From NCBI GenBank assembly GCA_001805445.1, contig MHGF01000034.1, positions 166,451-230,450 on the forward strand: 64,000 nucleotides of DNA. Reading direction: 5' to 3'. This document shows, in pieces, positions 1 to 10,129 of the stretch. Made by a program: the position numbers and the translations under genes. The notes below the pieces were generated by a model, which was given only the letters and a program-made list of their open reading frames with translations, was not told the origin of the DNA and searched no databases. How positions within the stretch are numbered: position 1 is the stretch's first letter; the number at the start of each line of letters is the position of its first letter. The stretch comes from Omnitrophica WOR_2 bacterium GWF2_43_52. GTDB taxonomy: Bacteria; Omnitrophota; Gorgyraeia; Gygaellales; UBA12090.

Positions 1-7
1 AATAGAC

Positions 8-589
8 ATGAGGGCGCTCGATAAGGCGATAAAGATTGCTCCGAGAGTATTGAAATTCGAGCTCGGCGACGGCATGGACCGTATCAGCAAAGGGTTCTTA
101 AAGAGATTCAGGCAACAGAGGCTTCAGGGCCCGCCTGGCGTCCGCGGAGCATCAGGTCACGGTCTTTTCGGCACATTTAAAAGAGTGTCGCTTGTGTCGC
201 CGACGATAGAAGGCATGGGCATGCAGGTTTATTCGGATTCGAAAATAGCCAAGCTCCATGAAACAGGGGGCGTAGTTACCGATCCAGGCGGAGGACGGAT
301 GGCTGTCCCTTTGTCGGCAAGAAGCGAGATGTTTTCCGCGAAAGGAAAACTCAAAAGAAAATACAAACGGCCCCGGGAATTGAAGAACGTGGAGCCGATG
401 AGATTCAAAGGGCAGACTTTTCTTGTGAAGGTGAAGAAACGGGCGCAGAAGTTATTGCCTTTGTACGTATTAAAGAGGTCAGTGAGGTTAAAACCGCGGC
501 TGGGATTTTACAGGGTGTGGGATAGCTTGGAAAATTACAGGATCGATATCCTCAATAAATCGGTGGATAAGGCCTTAAGGAAAATTTAG
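8..589 (+). CDS. phage tail completion protein, lambda gpZ-like (putative)
   Basis: 193-aa very basic protein; first gene of a lambda-order tail module (Z-U-V-G-T-H-M-L-K-I/J); call is by position and composition only. Confidence 0.35.
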   Translation: MRALDKAIKIAPRVLKFELGDGMDRISKGFLKRFRQQRLQGPPGVRGASGHGLFGTFKRVSLVSPTIEGMGMQVYSDSKIAKLHETGGVVTDPGGGRMAVPLSARSEMFSAKGKLKRKYKRPRELKNVEPMRFKGQTFLVKVKKRAQKLLPLYVLKRSVRLKPRLGFYRVWDSLENYRIDILNKSVDKALRKI

Positions 590-591
590 TC

Positions 592-1059
592 ATGGAGACG
601 GTAAGAGAAAGAATAATGGCCAACATCAAGACGACCCTCGAGGGTGTAACAGTTGCCAACGGGTATAATTTCGATTTTACTGCCGACACTGTCCAGCGGT
701 GGTCGATGCATGGCAATAGGCTTGCCGACTTGCCCGCTGTCGTGATAAGCCCGGGCGACGAGGAAGAAAAAGGTCAGCCCAACCCTTTCGAGGAATGTTA
801 TCTGAATGTTTATCTCGATATATTTTTCGTAAATGACGAAGGTGATTCGATGGTCACGGACACCTATTTGAATAGATTGCAGGGTGATATGAAAAAAGCG
901 ATTTTACTAGACCATACCCGCGGCGGAGAGGCAATAGATACGGATGTTTTGGGGACGACGCCGTTCGAGACCACGGAAGGCCAGCCTTATGCGGGAATAA
1001 TAATGGAGCTGGGCATAAGGTACCGCCATTTAAGGTCAGACCCAACCGCAAAGAATTAA
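592..1059 (+). CDS. phage tail terminator, lambda gpU-like (putative)
   Basis: 155 aa, immediately downstream of the gpZ-like gene with a 2-nt gap; size and position match the gpU/DUF3168 tail terminator. Confidence 0.4.
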   Translation: METVRERIMANIKTTLEGVTVANGYNFDFTADTVQRWSMHGNRLADLPAVVISPGDEEEKGQPNPFEECYLNVYLDIFFVNDEGDSMVTDTYLNRLQGDMKKAILLDHTRGGEAIDTDVLGTTPFETTEGQPYAGIIMELGIRYRHLRSDPTAKN

Positions 1060-1073
1060 AGGAGGGAATTACC

Positions 1074-2225
1074 ATGTCAATGTTAATACGTAAAAGGCAG
1101 TTAGCGGCAAAGATAGAAGCTGTCGAGGGAACAGCCGAGGCCTTGGCGGCCATAGATGCGGGGCTGTTGGTTAATTTCACGCCCAAGGCGAATTACGACC
1201 CGCAGATGTATCAAAGGAATCCGGTGCGCTCCTCTCTTACCAAGATGGGCAAGCTGACCGGCAAGCGTTCGGCAGGGCTTGATTTCAGCATCGAGCTGAA
1301 AGGTTCGGGTTCACTGACGCAGGAACCTGAATGGGCAAAGCTGATCAAATCCTGCGGTTTTGCTATCAACGATCTTAAAAAGATTACCATAGGCGCTATT
1401 ACTTCAGGGCCGTTTCAGCATGGGGAGACAATCACAGGCGGAACATCGCTTGCAACAGGCAGGGTCGTGATTGAGACCGCGGATGGTACGACTACGCTTT
1501 ACTTTGTCGAGATAACCGGCACGTTCGAGAACGGTGAAGTGCTTACAGGAGAAACTTCCGGAGCGACTGCGACGACAGGCTCGGTGCCTTCGGATGCCGG
1601 GCACGAGATAAAGCCTATCTCGAGTTCGGTTCCTTCATTGACCATGGGGTTATACGAAGACGGCATAAGGAAACTTCTCAAAGGGTGCAGAGGGACGGCC
1701 AAGTTCAATTTCATGATAGGCGAGCCTGCGACAGTGGATTTCGGCTTCAGGGGAGTTGAAGCAGGTGTTTCGGACCTGCCGCTACTTACGGGGATTTCTT
1801 ACGACGATGTGGTCCCGCCGGTGCTCTTGAATGCGGTGATGTCGTGCGACGGCGTTTCCCTGAATCTCGGGGAACTGAATGTCGATATTGCCAACACGCT
1901 TGCTCCAAAGGACAAGATCGACGATGCAAAAGGCATCTTATCCTTCATGATTACCGAGCGTGACACGCAAGGGTCGTTTAACCCTGAGATGGTGCTGGTG
2001 GCGACACATGATTTTTACGACAAGTGGTTTAGCAATACGCCCATGGTCCTTGATCTGGCATACGGAACGGTAGACGGCAACAAGTTCAGGATTTACGCGC
2101 CGAAAATCATCTATAACAAGATAGATGATGCGGACCGTGACGGCATACAACTGGCTCAGACGGCGTTCGATGTTACGGGATCGATGGAGCCGGGAGATGA
2201 TGAACTGGCAATTTTACTTTTATAA
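1074..2225 (+). CDS. major tail protein (gpV-like, with C-terminal extension), putative
   Basis: 383 aa; good RBS (AAGGAGGGAAT) upstream; sits between the terminator-like gene and the chaperone-size ORFs that precede the tape measure. Confidence 0.4.
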   Translation: MSMLIRKRQLAAKIEAVEGTAEALAAIDAGLLVNFTPKANYDPQMYQRNPVRSSLTKMGKLTGKRSAGLDFSIELKGSGSLTQEPEWAKLIKSCGFAINDLKKITIGAITSGPFQHGETITGGTSLATGRVVIETADGTTTLYFVEITGTFENGEVLTGETSGATATTGSVPSDAGHEIKPISSSVPSLTMGLYEDGIRKLLKGCRGTAKFNFMIGEPATVDFGFRGVEAGVSDLPLLTGISYDDVVPPVLLNAVMSCDGVSLNLGELNVDIANTLAPKDKIDDAKGILSFMITERDTQGSFNPEMVLVATHDFYDKWFSNTPMVLDLAYGTVDGNKFRIYAPKIIYNKIDDADRDGIQLAQTAFDVTGSMEPGDDELAILLL

Positions 2226-2242
2226 AAAGAGGAGGTGTTCTT

Positions 2243-2668
2243 ATGTTGACGGGAATAGATGTAACCGCCACCAAAAAATACGTATCGAAGCTCGATCCGG
2301 ACAAAGATAATCCAACGGTTTTTCATATCGGGTTTTTAGACCCGGCCTTAAGGGCTGAAATCGACGACGAAAGCTCGAGCTACGAGATGAGCTCATCCAA
2401 CCCGAACGACAAGGCAAAGATAAACCTCAGTTGGAACAAGCGGCAGATCACGGCCATAAAGTTCGGGCTTAAAGGGCTGGAGAACTTCCTGGATCCGCAG
2501 ACCAAAAAGCCGATCGATTACAAGTGCGAGACCATCCGTTATGCCGGGAAGATGAGGGAGTGCGTGCCGGACAGGATCATTGCGATGTTTCCGAGCGAGC
2601 TGAGGGCCGAACTTGCCGAGGCGATATTGGATGAATCCAAGCTGTCGGAGGGCGAGCGAAAAAACTAA
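2243..2668 (+). CDS. tail assembly chaperone (gpG-like), putative
   Basis: 141 aa acidic protein directly upstream of the tape-measure gene; RBS AAGAGGAGGTG. Confidence 0.4.
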   Translation: MLTGIDVTATKKYVSKLDPDKDNPTVFHIGFLDPALRAEIDDESSSYEMSSSNPNDKAKINLSWNKRQITAIKFGLKGLENFLDPQTKKPIDYKCETIRYAGKMRECVPDRIIAMFPSELRAELAEAILDESKLSEGERKN

Positions 2669-2682
2669 TCGCGGCGGTTCAT

Positions 2683-2994
2683 TTGGGCGATCTTACGGTG
2701 AACTGCCGGAGCTGTTTAAAAGGCGCGAAGATACGATGCGAATTTGAAGTGCCCGGACAAGAGATTTGGGAATTGAACGGCGAGCAGTATAAAGGATGCC
2801 CTTTTAAAATCGTCACGCGGCAGAGCGCGAATTTTATCAGGGCATTCAATTTTTACAGCCGCGGATATTTGCCGAACAGGGGGGCGTGGATCGAGCAGTC
2901 GGCGAAGATGCTGGATGCGTTCGATCTTATCGAGAAGGAATTGCAGGCAATCAAGGAAGAAAAAGAAAGGCGCAAGGAGCGGTTTAGGAGATGA
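2683..2994 (+). CDS. tail assembly chaperone, second (gpT-like position), putative
   Basis: 103 aa; stop overlaps the tape-measure start (ATGA); no obvious slippery fusion with the upstream ORF. Confidence 0.3.
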   Translation: MGDLTVNCRSCLKGAKIRCEFEVPGQEIWELNGEQYKGCPFKIVTRQSANFIRAFNFYSRGYLPNRGAWIEQSAKMLDAFDLIEKELQAIKEEKERRKERFRR

Positions 2995-4652
2995 CGAATA
3001 AAGAGCTGTCCATAATATTGAGACTTCGTGATGAGGCTTCCAAGCGCCTCGAAGGAGTGCGCGGCAGCCTGCAGAGGTTCGCAAATTCCTGGAAGAAGAA
3101 TTGGCTTGCGATTACCGCCGCGGTTACGGCGGCCATAATGGCTTTGCGCAAGGCATGGGATCTGATGCAGATGGGAGCCAAGGCTGAGCAGATCGAGGAG
3201 AGTTTTAATCGTATGGCGGAAAGTGTCGGCATTAACGGCCAGCAGATGAAACAGGCGTTGATGGAAGCCTCGCATGCCACGGTCAATTTCTCGAACATTG
3301 CTGACAAAGCGTCGGCCCTGATGGCTCAGGGATTAAATATGGATACCGTGGCCGCATTAATGAAACAGGCCCGGGTCGAGGCAAAAATATTTGGAAGCAC
3401 GACAGAGGAGGCTTTCCAGAATATAACCAGCGCCGTTACAGGCGGGCTTGTTACGACCTTAAGAAGAACTTATGGGTTGCAGCTTTCATTGAAGGACGCC
3501 GCAGACGATTATGCCAAAGCTACCGGAAAGACATCCGAAGAAGTCAAAAAATACCACATGGCGCAGGCCCTGGCCAATCATATCCTCGATAAATCGAAAT
3601 CTCATCTCGAGGCAGTCAACCTGGAGGTCATGTCGAACTACGAAAAGGTGCAGAGGTTAAAGTCGCAGTGGAATGAATTTGCTGAAAAGACCGGCCAGGC
3701 ACTGTGGCAGGTATTGGGATTCATACAGGGTTTTATGAACCAGCTTGTAGCAGGGTTCTTTCAGTTGTTGGAGGTAGCGACTACGGTATTCCAGAAAATG
3801 CTGGTGCCCTTAATAAAATTATATGAACTGCTGGGCAAACTGCCCGGGAAAGTCGGAGAGGCATACAGACAGGCAGGAGAAAGCGTAAAGAAATTATCCT
3901 CTGATATGGAAGCGAACAAGCAGGCGTTCGAGATGGCGTCGATAGAAAGCGCGAAAACCGCCATGGAGCAGTACGATCTTGTGTTTGCCAAGGTAAAAGA
4001 GACCGGAGATAACACTGCGGAGATATTGAAGAACGTGGCCAAGCAAGTTGGCGACAGCGCAAAGGACGCGGCAGAAAAGTTCAATGCCATGGAAGAGTTC
4101 GCCAAACAGTCGGCGCGCAATATGCAGAATGCCTTTTCCGAGTTTTTCTTCAAGGCGTTCACGGGTGAGTTGAGGAATATGCAGGAAATATTTGCCAATT
4201 TCGGAAGAGCGGTTTTGCAGATGATATCGAACATCCTGGCAAAACTACTTTTGATCAAACTTTTTACGGCCATGGCCGGACCCGGGGGAAAGATTTTTGG
4301 AGTGGATGTCGGAGCTTTATTTCATCAGGGTGGAATGATTAGAAGGCATCAAGGCGGGCTTATAAGGGCGCATGCAGGGCTTGCCCCGGATGAAGTACCG
4401 ATCATTGCCCAGACCGGTGAGGGAATCTTGTCAAGGCAGGGCGTTAGGGCCTTGGGCGGGCCGGATAATCTACGGAGCCTCAATAGAGGCGAGGAAGGCG
4501 CGGCAGGCGGCGTGACAATCAACATCAATCAGGTAATCCAGGCCTGGGACGCGCAGGACGTATGGCGAAACAGAAAGGCGTTGTCGAATGCCATTGCCGA
4601 TGACATTTACAACAACGGAAAGATTAGGTCGGTTATCAGGAGTTACACATGA
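2991..4652 (+). CDS. phage tail tape measure protein
   Basis: 553 aa, rich in A/K/Q/E with coiled-coil character, an internal hydrophobic stretch and a glycine-rich C-terminus; canonical position before gpM/L/K/J. Confidence 0.7.
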   Translation: MTNKELSIILRLRDEASKRLEGVRGSLQRFANSWKKNWLAITAAVTAAIMALRKAWDLMQMGAKAEQIEESFNRMAESVGINGQQMKQALMEASHATVNFSNIADKASALMAQGLNMDTVAALMKQARVEAKIFGSTTEEAFQNITSAVTGGLVTTLRRTYGLQLSLKDAADDYAKATGKTSEEVKKYHMAQALANHILDKSKSHLEAVNLEVMSNYEKVQRLKSQWNEFAEKTGQALWQVLGFIQGFMNQLVAGFFQLLEVATTVFQKMLVPLIKLYELLGKLPGKVGEAYRQAGESVKKLSSDMEANKQAFEMASIESAKTAMEQYDLVFAKVKETGDNTAEILKNVAKQVGDSAKDAAEKFNAMEEFAKQSARNMQNAFSEFFFKAFTGELRNMQEIFANFGRAVLQMISNILAKLLLIKLFTAMAGPGGKIFGVDVGALFHQGGMIRRHQGGLIRAHAGLAPDEVPIIAQTGEGILSRQGVRALGGPDNLRSLNRGEEGAAGGVTININQVIQAWDAQDVWRNRKALSNAIADDIYNNGKIRSVIRSYT

Positions 4653-4987
4653 GCGACTTCGATTATAATCCGGACTTCGTGGTCGATGAGACGGTTCAGT
4701 ATAAGACGCTTGTTTCCGAGTTCGAGAACGGAGTCGAACAGCGCAGGCGCAAGTGGCAGAACCCTCTAAGGAAATGGACGTTGAGATTCCAGCACAGGAC
4801 AAAAACCGAGATGGAAAGCGTCAGGGATTTCTTCATGGGCAAATACGGGGCGCTTACGGCATTCACCTGGACGAATCCAAACGATTCCGTGGAATATACG
4901 GTCAGGTTCGTCGAGGATAGCTTTAAGTTCGCTTTAAAGGCATACCGGTTGTATGACTTCGATTTTGACTTCATAGAGGTGAAATAA
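4649..4987 (+). CDS. phage minor tail protein M (lambda gpM-like)
   Basis: 112 aa; start overlaps the TMP stop; WTLRF...FTWTNP pattern resembles lambda gpM; correct synteny. Confidence 0.65.
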   Translation: MSDFDYNPDFVVDETVQYKTLVSEFENGVEQRRRKWQNPLRKWTLRFQHRTKTEMESVRDFFMGKYGALTAFTWTNPNDSVEYTVRFVEDSFKFALKAYRLYDFDFDFIEVK

Positions 4988-5598
4988 TGCCAAGAGCTGT
5001 CGATTCGACATTCAAAACAGAAAAAGCCAAACAGGAAAACCAGCCGATATTTTTATACACCGTCGAAGATTACGACGGATCCAGCGACCTTCACTTGGCG
5101 GGATATGACACGGATATTGTTTTTGATTCGGTTACTTACCAGAAATTCCCTATAGCCCATGAGTTCGTAGGAGAGAACAACCAGGGGCAGATCGACCAGG
5201 TCAAGGTAAGGCTGGCCAATGTATCAAGGCTAATACAATCGTATCTCGAGCAGTACGATTTCAGAGGCAAGAAGGTCATTATCAAGATGGTCTGGGCTAA
5301 TCAGTTGTCGGATCCGGACGCATACATAGACGATATTTTCTATATCGACAATTATGTGGCAGACCAGAACAATGTCGAGTTTACGTTAACCGGCAAGTTC
5401 GATGTCTTGGGGCTGGATCTTCCGGCGCGCAGGTATACCAGGAATTATTGCGCGTGGAAATTCAAGTCGAATGAATGCGGATATACGGGAGGAGAGACCG
5501 AGTGCAACAAGACACAGCAAAGATGCAAGCAGATAGGGAATTACCCGAGGTTCGGGGCTTTCCCTTCGGTGCCGACAGGACGGATATACATCATGTAG
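4987..5598 (+). CDS. phage minor tail protein L (lambda gpL-like)
   Basis: 203 aa; C-terminal Cys cluster CAWKFKSNECGYTGGETECNKTQQRCKQIGNYPRFGAF parallels lambda gpL CTWTYRGDECGYSG...KCSKCLSGCKF...FGGF. Confidence 0.75.
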   Translation: MPRAVDSTFKTEKAKQENQPIFLYTVEDYDGSSDLHLAGYDTDIVFDSVTYQKFPIAHEFVGENNQGQIDQVKVRLANVSRLIQSYLEQYDFRGKKVIIKMVWANQLSDPDAYIDDIFYIDNYVADQNNVEFTLTGKFDVLGLDLPARRYTRNYCAWKFKSNECGYTGGETECNKTQQRCKQIGNYPRFGAFPSVPTGRIYIM

Positions 5599-6002
5599 AG
5601 AAGCTTATCATCGATAAGTATCTCGGCATCCCTTACAGGCACAGGGGCAGGGCAATGGACGGCCTTGACTGCTGGGGATTCCTGAAGCTTGTGTATGCGG
5701 ACTTGGGGTTTAAATTATTCGACATCGAGGACCTGGAATATGGCCGGGCATGGGGACTTCGTAACAAGGATTATTTCAAGGAGAATTACGTCAATGACTG
5801 GATGAGAGTTGATGATCCCTTGCCCCTGGACGGCGTGTTGTTTTTGAACTCCCGGGGAGTGGCGAATCATGCGGGCGTCGTTTTCAAGAACAGGAAGTTT
5901 ATCCATTGTTGCCGGGCAGGGGTGATCATATCCAGGATGGATGATAAGTCCTGGCAGAAAAGGATCGAAGGCTTTTATAGGTTGAGGAACAAGGCATGGT
6001 AA
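5475..6002 (+). CDS. phage tail protein K-like NlpC/P60 peptidase (true start probably internal, near 5523)
   Basis: Cys-His NlpC/P60 signature (LDCWGF ... ANHAGVV); 5' end overlaps gpL in another frame; lambda gpK position. Confidence 0.65.
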   Translation: MRIYGRRDRVQQDTAKMQADRELPEVRGFPFGADRTDIHHVEKLIIDKYLGIPYRHRGRAMDGLDCWGFLKLVYADLGFKLFDIEDLEYGRAWGLRNKDYFKENYVNDWMRVDDPLPLDGVLFLNSRGVANHAGVVFKNRKFIHCCRAGVIISRMDDKSWQKRIEGFYRLRNKAW

Positions 6003-9000
6003 TTATACGCAATATCGAAAATCCTTTTAAGCTGGATCAGGCAGAAATCAAGAAGCTCGATTATTCGCGAAGCAAAACCGTCCGTGAATTCCTTGATGAG
6101 TCCGGATTCGATTATAAGGACAAAAGGGTTATCGTCACCGGCAAAAGGATCGAAGACCTTGATATGCGGATCGACCAGGGAGATGAGATAACCGTTATCC
6201 CCGAGGTCAAGGCCCCGGTCGTGGCAATTATCTCTGCGATCATATCTGCCGTATGGGCGTATGCGGTTGCTCATCCGTTCATATTTGCCTTCTTCGTCTT
6301 GACTTTAGGCTACTCGATTTTTCAATACATGAACCAGCCGAAGATGGCTGATTTCAATGTGGGATCTGTCGGTTTGGATGAGGGATCGCCCACATACGGA
6401 TGGGACGGCGTCCAGACGATACAGGAAGTCGGAGTGCCGGTTGCGGTCGTTTATGGGGAGCATAAGGTCGGAGGGAATATCGTCAACCAGTTCTTATGGG
6501 AGAACGGGGACAAAAGTTATCTGAACGTGCTTTTGGCTTTATGCGAGGGCGAGATCGAGGCAATAGACGACATCAAGATCAACAACAATCCGATCGCCAA
6601 TTTCACGGGCGTTACCACAAATAAAAGATATGGCACAAACGACCAGGGGATAATTGCCAACTTCGAGGACTTGCATAATCTTTATACGGTCGGCGCAAAC
6701 CTTACGAAAGACAACCCATACATTTATACGACGGTTGATTCCGACGCGGAAGCCTTCGAGATCCATTTGAGAATGAATAACGGTTTGTATCAGCAGGATT
6801 CGGGATCTGGCGGGATATTGAGCTGGAGCGTAACGTATCGGGTCGAGTATAAGTTGCATACGGAGCCGACTTATACGGATTTGGGAGAGACCACGATCTC
6901 GGCAAAATCACGCACGGCTCTGCGCAGGGTCTTCCGCAAAGCAGGGCTGACGCCGGGGCAGTACGATATCCGCATAACGAGGACAAGTGACGACAGTGCA
7001 CTGGATCCTTTGAAGCAGGGCGACTTGACGTTCTTCCAGCTGGATGAAATCAAGACGGACGATTTGAGGTATCCCAACACGGCGCTTTTGGGATTACAGC
7101 TCCTGGCCACAGACCAGCTCTCGGGTTCCATGCCGAATATCACTACGGTCGTTAAAGGCAGGAAGGTGAGCGTCCCGGATGTTTTGAATGCCGGAGTTCC
7201 CGTGGATTGGGAAGATTATTATTGGGACGGCACCGATTATAGATTGCTGGCAGACGATACGCTGCTTACTTGGGACGGCTCGACCTATGTCGATAAATAC
7301 TCGGCCAATCCGGTATGGTGCTTGAAAGATTTCATTACGAACAGCCGCTATGGGCTGGGAGAGTTTATATCAAACTCCAATCTGGATGACGCTTCCCTTT
7401 CGGAGATGGCTAAGTATTGCGAGGAGCGGGTTCCCGACGGACAAGGGGGCTATGAAAAACGGTTCAGGATGGATGTGGTGATCGATTCCAATACCAAGGC
7501 TCTGGACGTCCTCATCCAGTTGTGTGCTACGTTCAATGCCATGCCGGTATACAGCGCGGGCGGTATATCGTTCAAGATAGACAAGCAAACCAACCCTACG
7601 CAACTATTCAGCATGGGCAATATGATCAAAGACACCTTTGTCCAGAGCTGGAAGACTTTGAAGGAAATTCCCAATGTCATAGAAATCCAGTTTATGGATA
7701 AGGATAAAGACTATCGCCAGGAAACGATAGCATATATCGATGAGGATGCCTTGGCCGCTGGGGACCCCATGCGCAAGAGCCAGGTGAGGCTGTTTACGAC
7801 AAGGGCAAGCTATGCCATCCGCGCTGGCAGGTATGCCTTGAAGGTTGCCAAGTATATCAATAGATCTATTTCGTTCAAGGCCGGAATAGATGCGGTTGCC
7901 TGCCAGGCAGGAGATATTATTTCGGTTTCACACGACGTGCCGCAGTGGGGTTTTTCGGGCCGGGTTCAGGCAGGATCTACGACGACACTGGTTAAGCTGG
8001 ACCGGACTTTTGTGATAGAAGACGGCAAGTCTTATAAGATTCAGGTCAGGTTTTCCGACGATACGATTGAAGAACAGTCAATCACTTCTCCCACGGGCAG
8101 TTATACGGAGGTGGAGTGTGCGGCGTTTTCGGCCGAGCCGCAGGCATTCGATGTATATGCGATTGGCGAAACGAATAAGGTCAAAAAAGATTTCAGGGTT
8201 GTGTCCGTGCAGAGAGAAGGAAAAGACGAAGTCCAGATATCGGCTTTGGAGTATGACGAAAACGTCTATGACGATTCGGACATCATATTGCCGCAGAATA
8301 ATTATTCCTCTTTATCCGGAGACATCCCGCTTATCCAGAACTTGAGCCTGACCGAAGCCCTGGTCAAAAAAAGCGATGGCGTCATCGAGGTTGCCATCGA
8401 TGTTTGGTTCGACAAGCCGGACGTTATCGACCATTACGTGAAATCCTACGCCAGGGCAAAGATATATATAAGCGACGATGACGGCAACAGCTGGAGGATG
8501 GCTGGAGAAACCACAGGGGCGCACTTTCAGATTGTCGGGGATATCGTGGACAATCATGCGTATAAGGTACGAGTCGTTTCCGTTACGGATATCGGAGAGG
8601 AGTCGTCTTTGGACAGTGCTCCCGAAGAAGAAATTACGGTTGTTGGGAAATCCGCCCCGCCAAGCGATGTGACGAGTTTTCTGGTCAATCAGAACAGGGA
8701 CAGGTTGTATTTCGGGTGGACGAAGATTTCCGATGTGGATGCCTGGGGATATGAGATCCGCTGGGGAAACAGCTGGGCGAGCGGCCAGTTCGTGACTTTT
8801 CAACAAGGGTCGCATTATTTGACGACGAATTTCAGGACTGGGTCCGGACAGAGTTATTGGATCAAGGCGATAGATACTTCCGGTAATTATTCAGAAAACG
8901 CTACGGAAGCTGTTATTACGATTGCGAACATTCCTTTCAGAAATATCATTGCGGAGTTTTCGGAACAGCCTTCATGGATAGGCACCAAGGTGCAGACTGT

Positions 9001-9613
9001 CATCGATGGAAGTAGTTTGGAAATAGAAAGCGGATACTTGTCGGGGACGTACGAAACGCCGATGAGGGATTTGGGATATGTGTCAACGGTCTATATCGGC
9101 ATTGAAGCTGTCATAACCATTGCCACGGGTAGGGCATTTGATGACGATTCGGTAACGAGATTCAATAGTAGCGATACGTTAAGGTTTAGCGGTGAGGAAA
9201 GTCCCGGGGCGGCCACGTTCGAGATAAAAATATCCGACGATAATATCACCTGGTCCGGTTGGATGGAGTATCAGGCCGGGGATTATAACTGCCGGTATTA
9301 TCAAATAAGGATGACATTGACGAGAGAGAATGTAGGAGATGATCTTGAATGTACGACGTTCGATCATTATGGGGATTTGCCTGATGTGGATGAGTATGGG
9401 AGTGATTCGGTAACCGACGCAGGAGGGGGCAAGGCAGTTGTTTTCACGAAGAATTACCATGAAGAACCGAACGTGCATATCGAGATCACGTCAGGCAGCG
9501 GGATTTACGCACAATTCACAAGCAAGAGCACTACGGGATTTACAGTGAAATTGTACGATGCCTCGGGCGTCGCTCAGACCGGCGATTTCGATTGGCATGG
9601 GCATGGAATTTAA
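5996..9613 (+). CDS. fused tail assembly protein I / host specificity protein J (central tail fibre)
   Basis: 1205 aa; the N-terminal ~150 aa show a ubiquitin-like segment, a hydrophobic stretch and VPVAVVYGEHKVGGNIVNQ (compare lambda gpI C-terminus VLPVLYGEMRVGSRVVSQ); then LNVLLALCEGEIEAID resembles the gpJ N-terminus; long beta-rich body typical of J. Confidence 0.75.
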   Translation: MVIIRNIENPFKLDQAEIKKLDYSRSKTVREFLDESGFDYKDKRVIVTGKRIEDLDMRIDQGDEITVIPEVKAPVVAIISAIISAVWAYAVAHPFIFAFFVLTLGYSIFQYMNQPKMADFNVGSVGLDEGSPTYGWDGVQTIQEVGVPVAVVYGEHKVGGNIVNQFLWENGDKSYLNVLLALCEGEIEAIDDIKINNNPIANFTGVTTNKRYGTNDQGIIANFEDLHNLYTVGANLTKDNPYIYTTVDSDAEAFEIHLRMNNGLYQQDSGSGGILSWSVTYRVEYKLHTEPTYTDLGETTISAKSRTALRRVFRKAGLTPGQYDIRITRTSDDSALDPLKQGDLTFFQLDEIKTDDLRYPNTALLGLQLLATDQLSGSMPNITTVVKGRKVSVPDVLNAGVPVDWEDYYWDGTDYRLLADDTLLTWDGSTYVDKYSANPVWCLKDFITNSRYGLGEFISNSNLDDASLSEMAKYCEERVPDGQGGYEKRFRMDVVIDSNTKALDVLIQLCATFNAMPVYSAGGISFKIDKQTNPTQLFSMGNMIKDTFVQSWKTLKEIPNVIEIQFMDKDKDYRQETIAYIDEDALAAGDPMRKSQVRLFTTRASYAIRAGRYALKVAKYINRSISFKAGIDAVACQAGDIISVSHDVPQWGFSGRVQAGSTTTLVKLDRTFVIEDGKSYKIQVRFSDDTIEEQSITSPTGSYTEVECAAFSAEPQAFDVYAIGETNKVKKDFRVVSVQREGKDEVQISALEYDENVYDDSDIILPQNNYSSLSGDIPLIQNLSLTEALVKKSDGVIEVAIDVWFDKPDVIDHYVKSYARAKIYISDDDGNSWRMAGETTGAHFQIVGDIVDNHAYKVRVVSVTDIGEESSLDSAPEEEITVVGKSAPPSDVTSFLVNQNRDRLYFGWTKISDVDAWGYEIRWGNSWASGQFVTFQQGSHYLTTNFRTGSGQSYWIKAIDTSGNYSENATEAVITIANIPFRNIIAEFSEQPSWIGTKVQTVIDGSSLEIESGYLSGTYETPMRDLGYVSTVYIGIEAVITIATGRAFDDDSVTRFNSSDTLRFSGEESPGAATFEIKISDDNITWSGWMEYQAGDYNCRYYQIRMTLTRENVGDDLECTTFDHYGDLPDVDEYGSDSVTDAGGGKAVVFTKNYHEEPNVHIEITSGSGIYAQFTSKSTTGFTVKLYDASGVAQTGDFDWHGHGI

Positions 9614-9624
9614 GGAGAGATAAG

Positions 9625-9840
9625 ATGGCAAAAACTTTAGTGCCTCACAAAGTAGTTATTGAATTCGAAGACGGAGGGTTCGTAAACGGCGTATTGATTT
9701 ATAAGATCAACGACAGCGGAGTGATCGGCAGATATAGAAGCGTCGGGATAAAGAATGCGGGCTTCGATAAATCAAGCCTGAATGGGATACTGCAGAAATT
9801 CAACGCGCACGCAAAACAGGCGGAGGGGATCGATGGATGA
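9625..9840 (+). CDS. hypothetical phage protein
   Basis: ATG at 9625 preceded by AAGGAGAG; 71 aa. Confidence 0.3.
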   Translation: MAKTLVPHKVVIEFEDGGFVNGVLIYKINDSGVIGRYRSVGIKNAGFDKSSLNGILQKFNAHAKQAEGIDG

Positions 9841-10129
9841 TTTAATTTGCGCCAAATGCGGGAAGCCGATATCCCGGGATATGGCTTATGTCGTGGTGAA
9901 GGGAAGCATTGTCCTGAGTGAACCTAAAAAGAGGCCTATGGTCTTTACGTGCATAGAGCAGGCATACAATTACGCCCAGAGCTTAGTGGTGCATGACGTG
10001 TGCTGGATAGCCATACTCAAGGAGCATGGCGTGGAATTATACGACATGAACGAAGTAGCAAAAAAATATACCCTAACGGGCACAAGCAAGAAGGAGACTC
10101 AAGATGGCTTGGGACAAGACAAAACCTGA
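9833..10129 (+). CDS. hypothetical phage protein with CxxC zinc-ribbon-like N-terminus
   Basis: ATG 9833 preceded by GGAGGGGA; N-terminus MDDLICAKCGKPIS. Confidence 0.3.
   Translation: MDDLICAKCGKPISRDMAYVVVKGSIVLSEPKKRPMVFTCIEQAYNYAQSLVVHDVCWIAILKEHGVELYDMNEVAKKYTLTGTSKKETQDGLGQDKT

Noticed and set aside
3761-4273. 170-aa and other minus-strand ORFs inside the tape-measure gene, and similar antisense ORFs inside gpJ, res, OST and the giant gene
   Set aside because: They lie antisense to long, well-supported genes and have low-complexity Ser/Ala/Pro-rich translations typical of the reverse frames of coding DNA.
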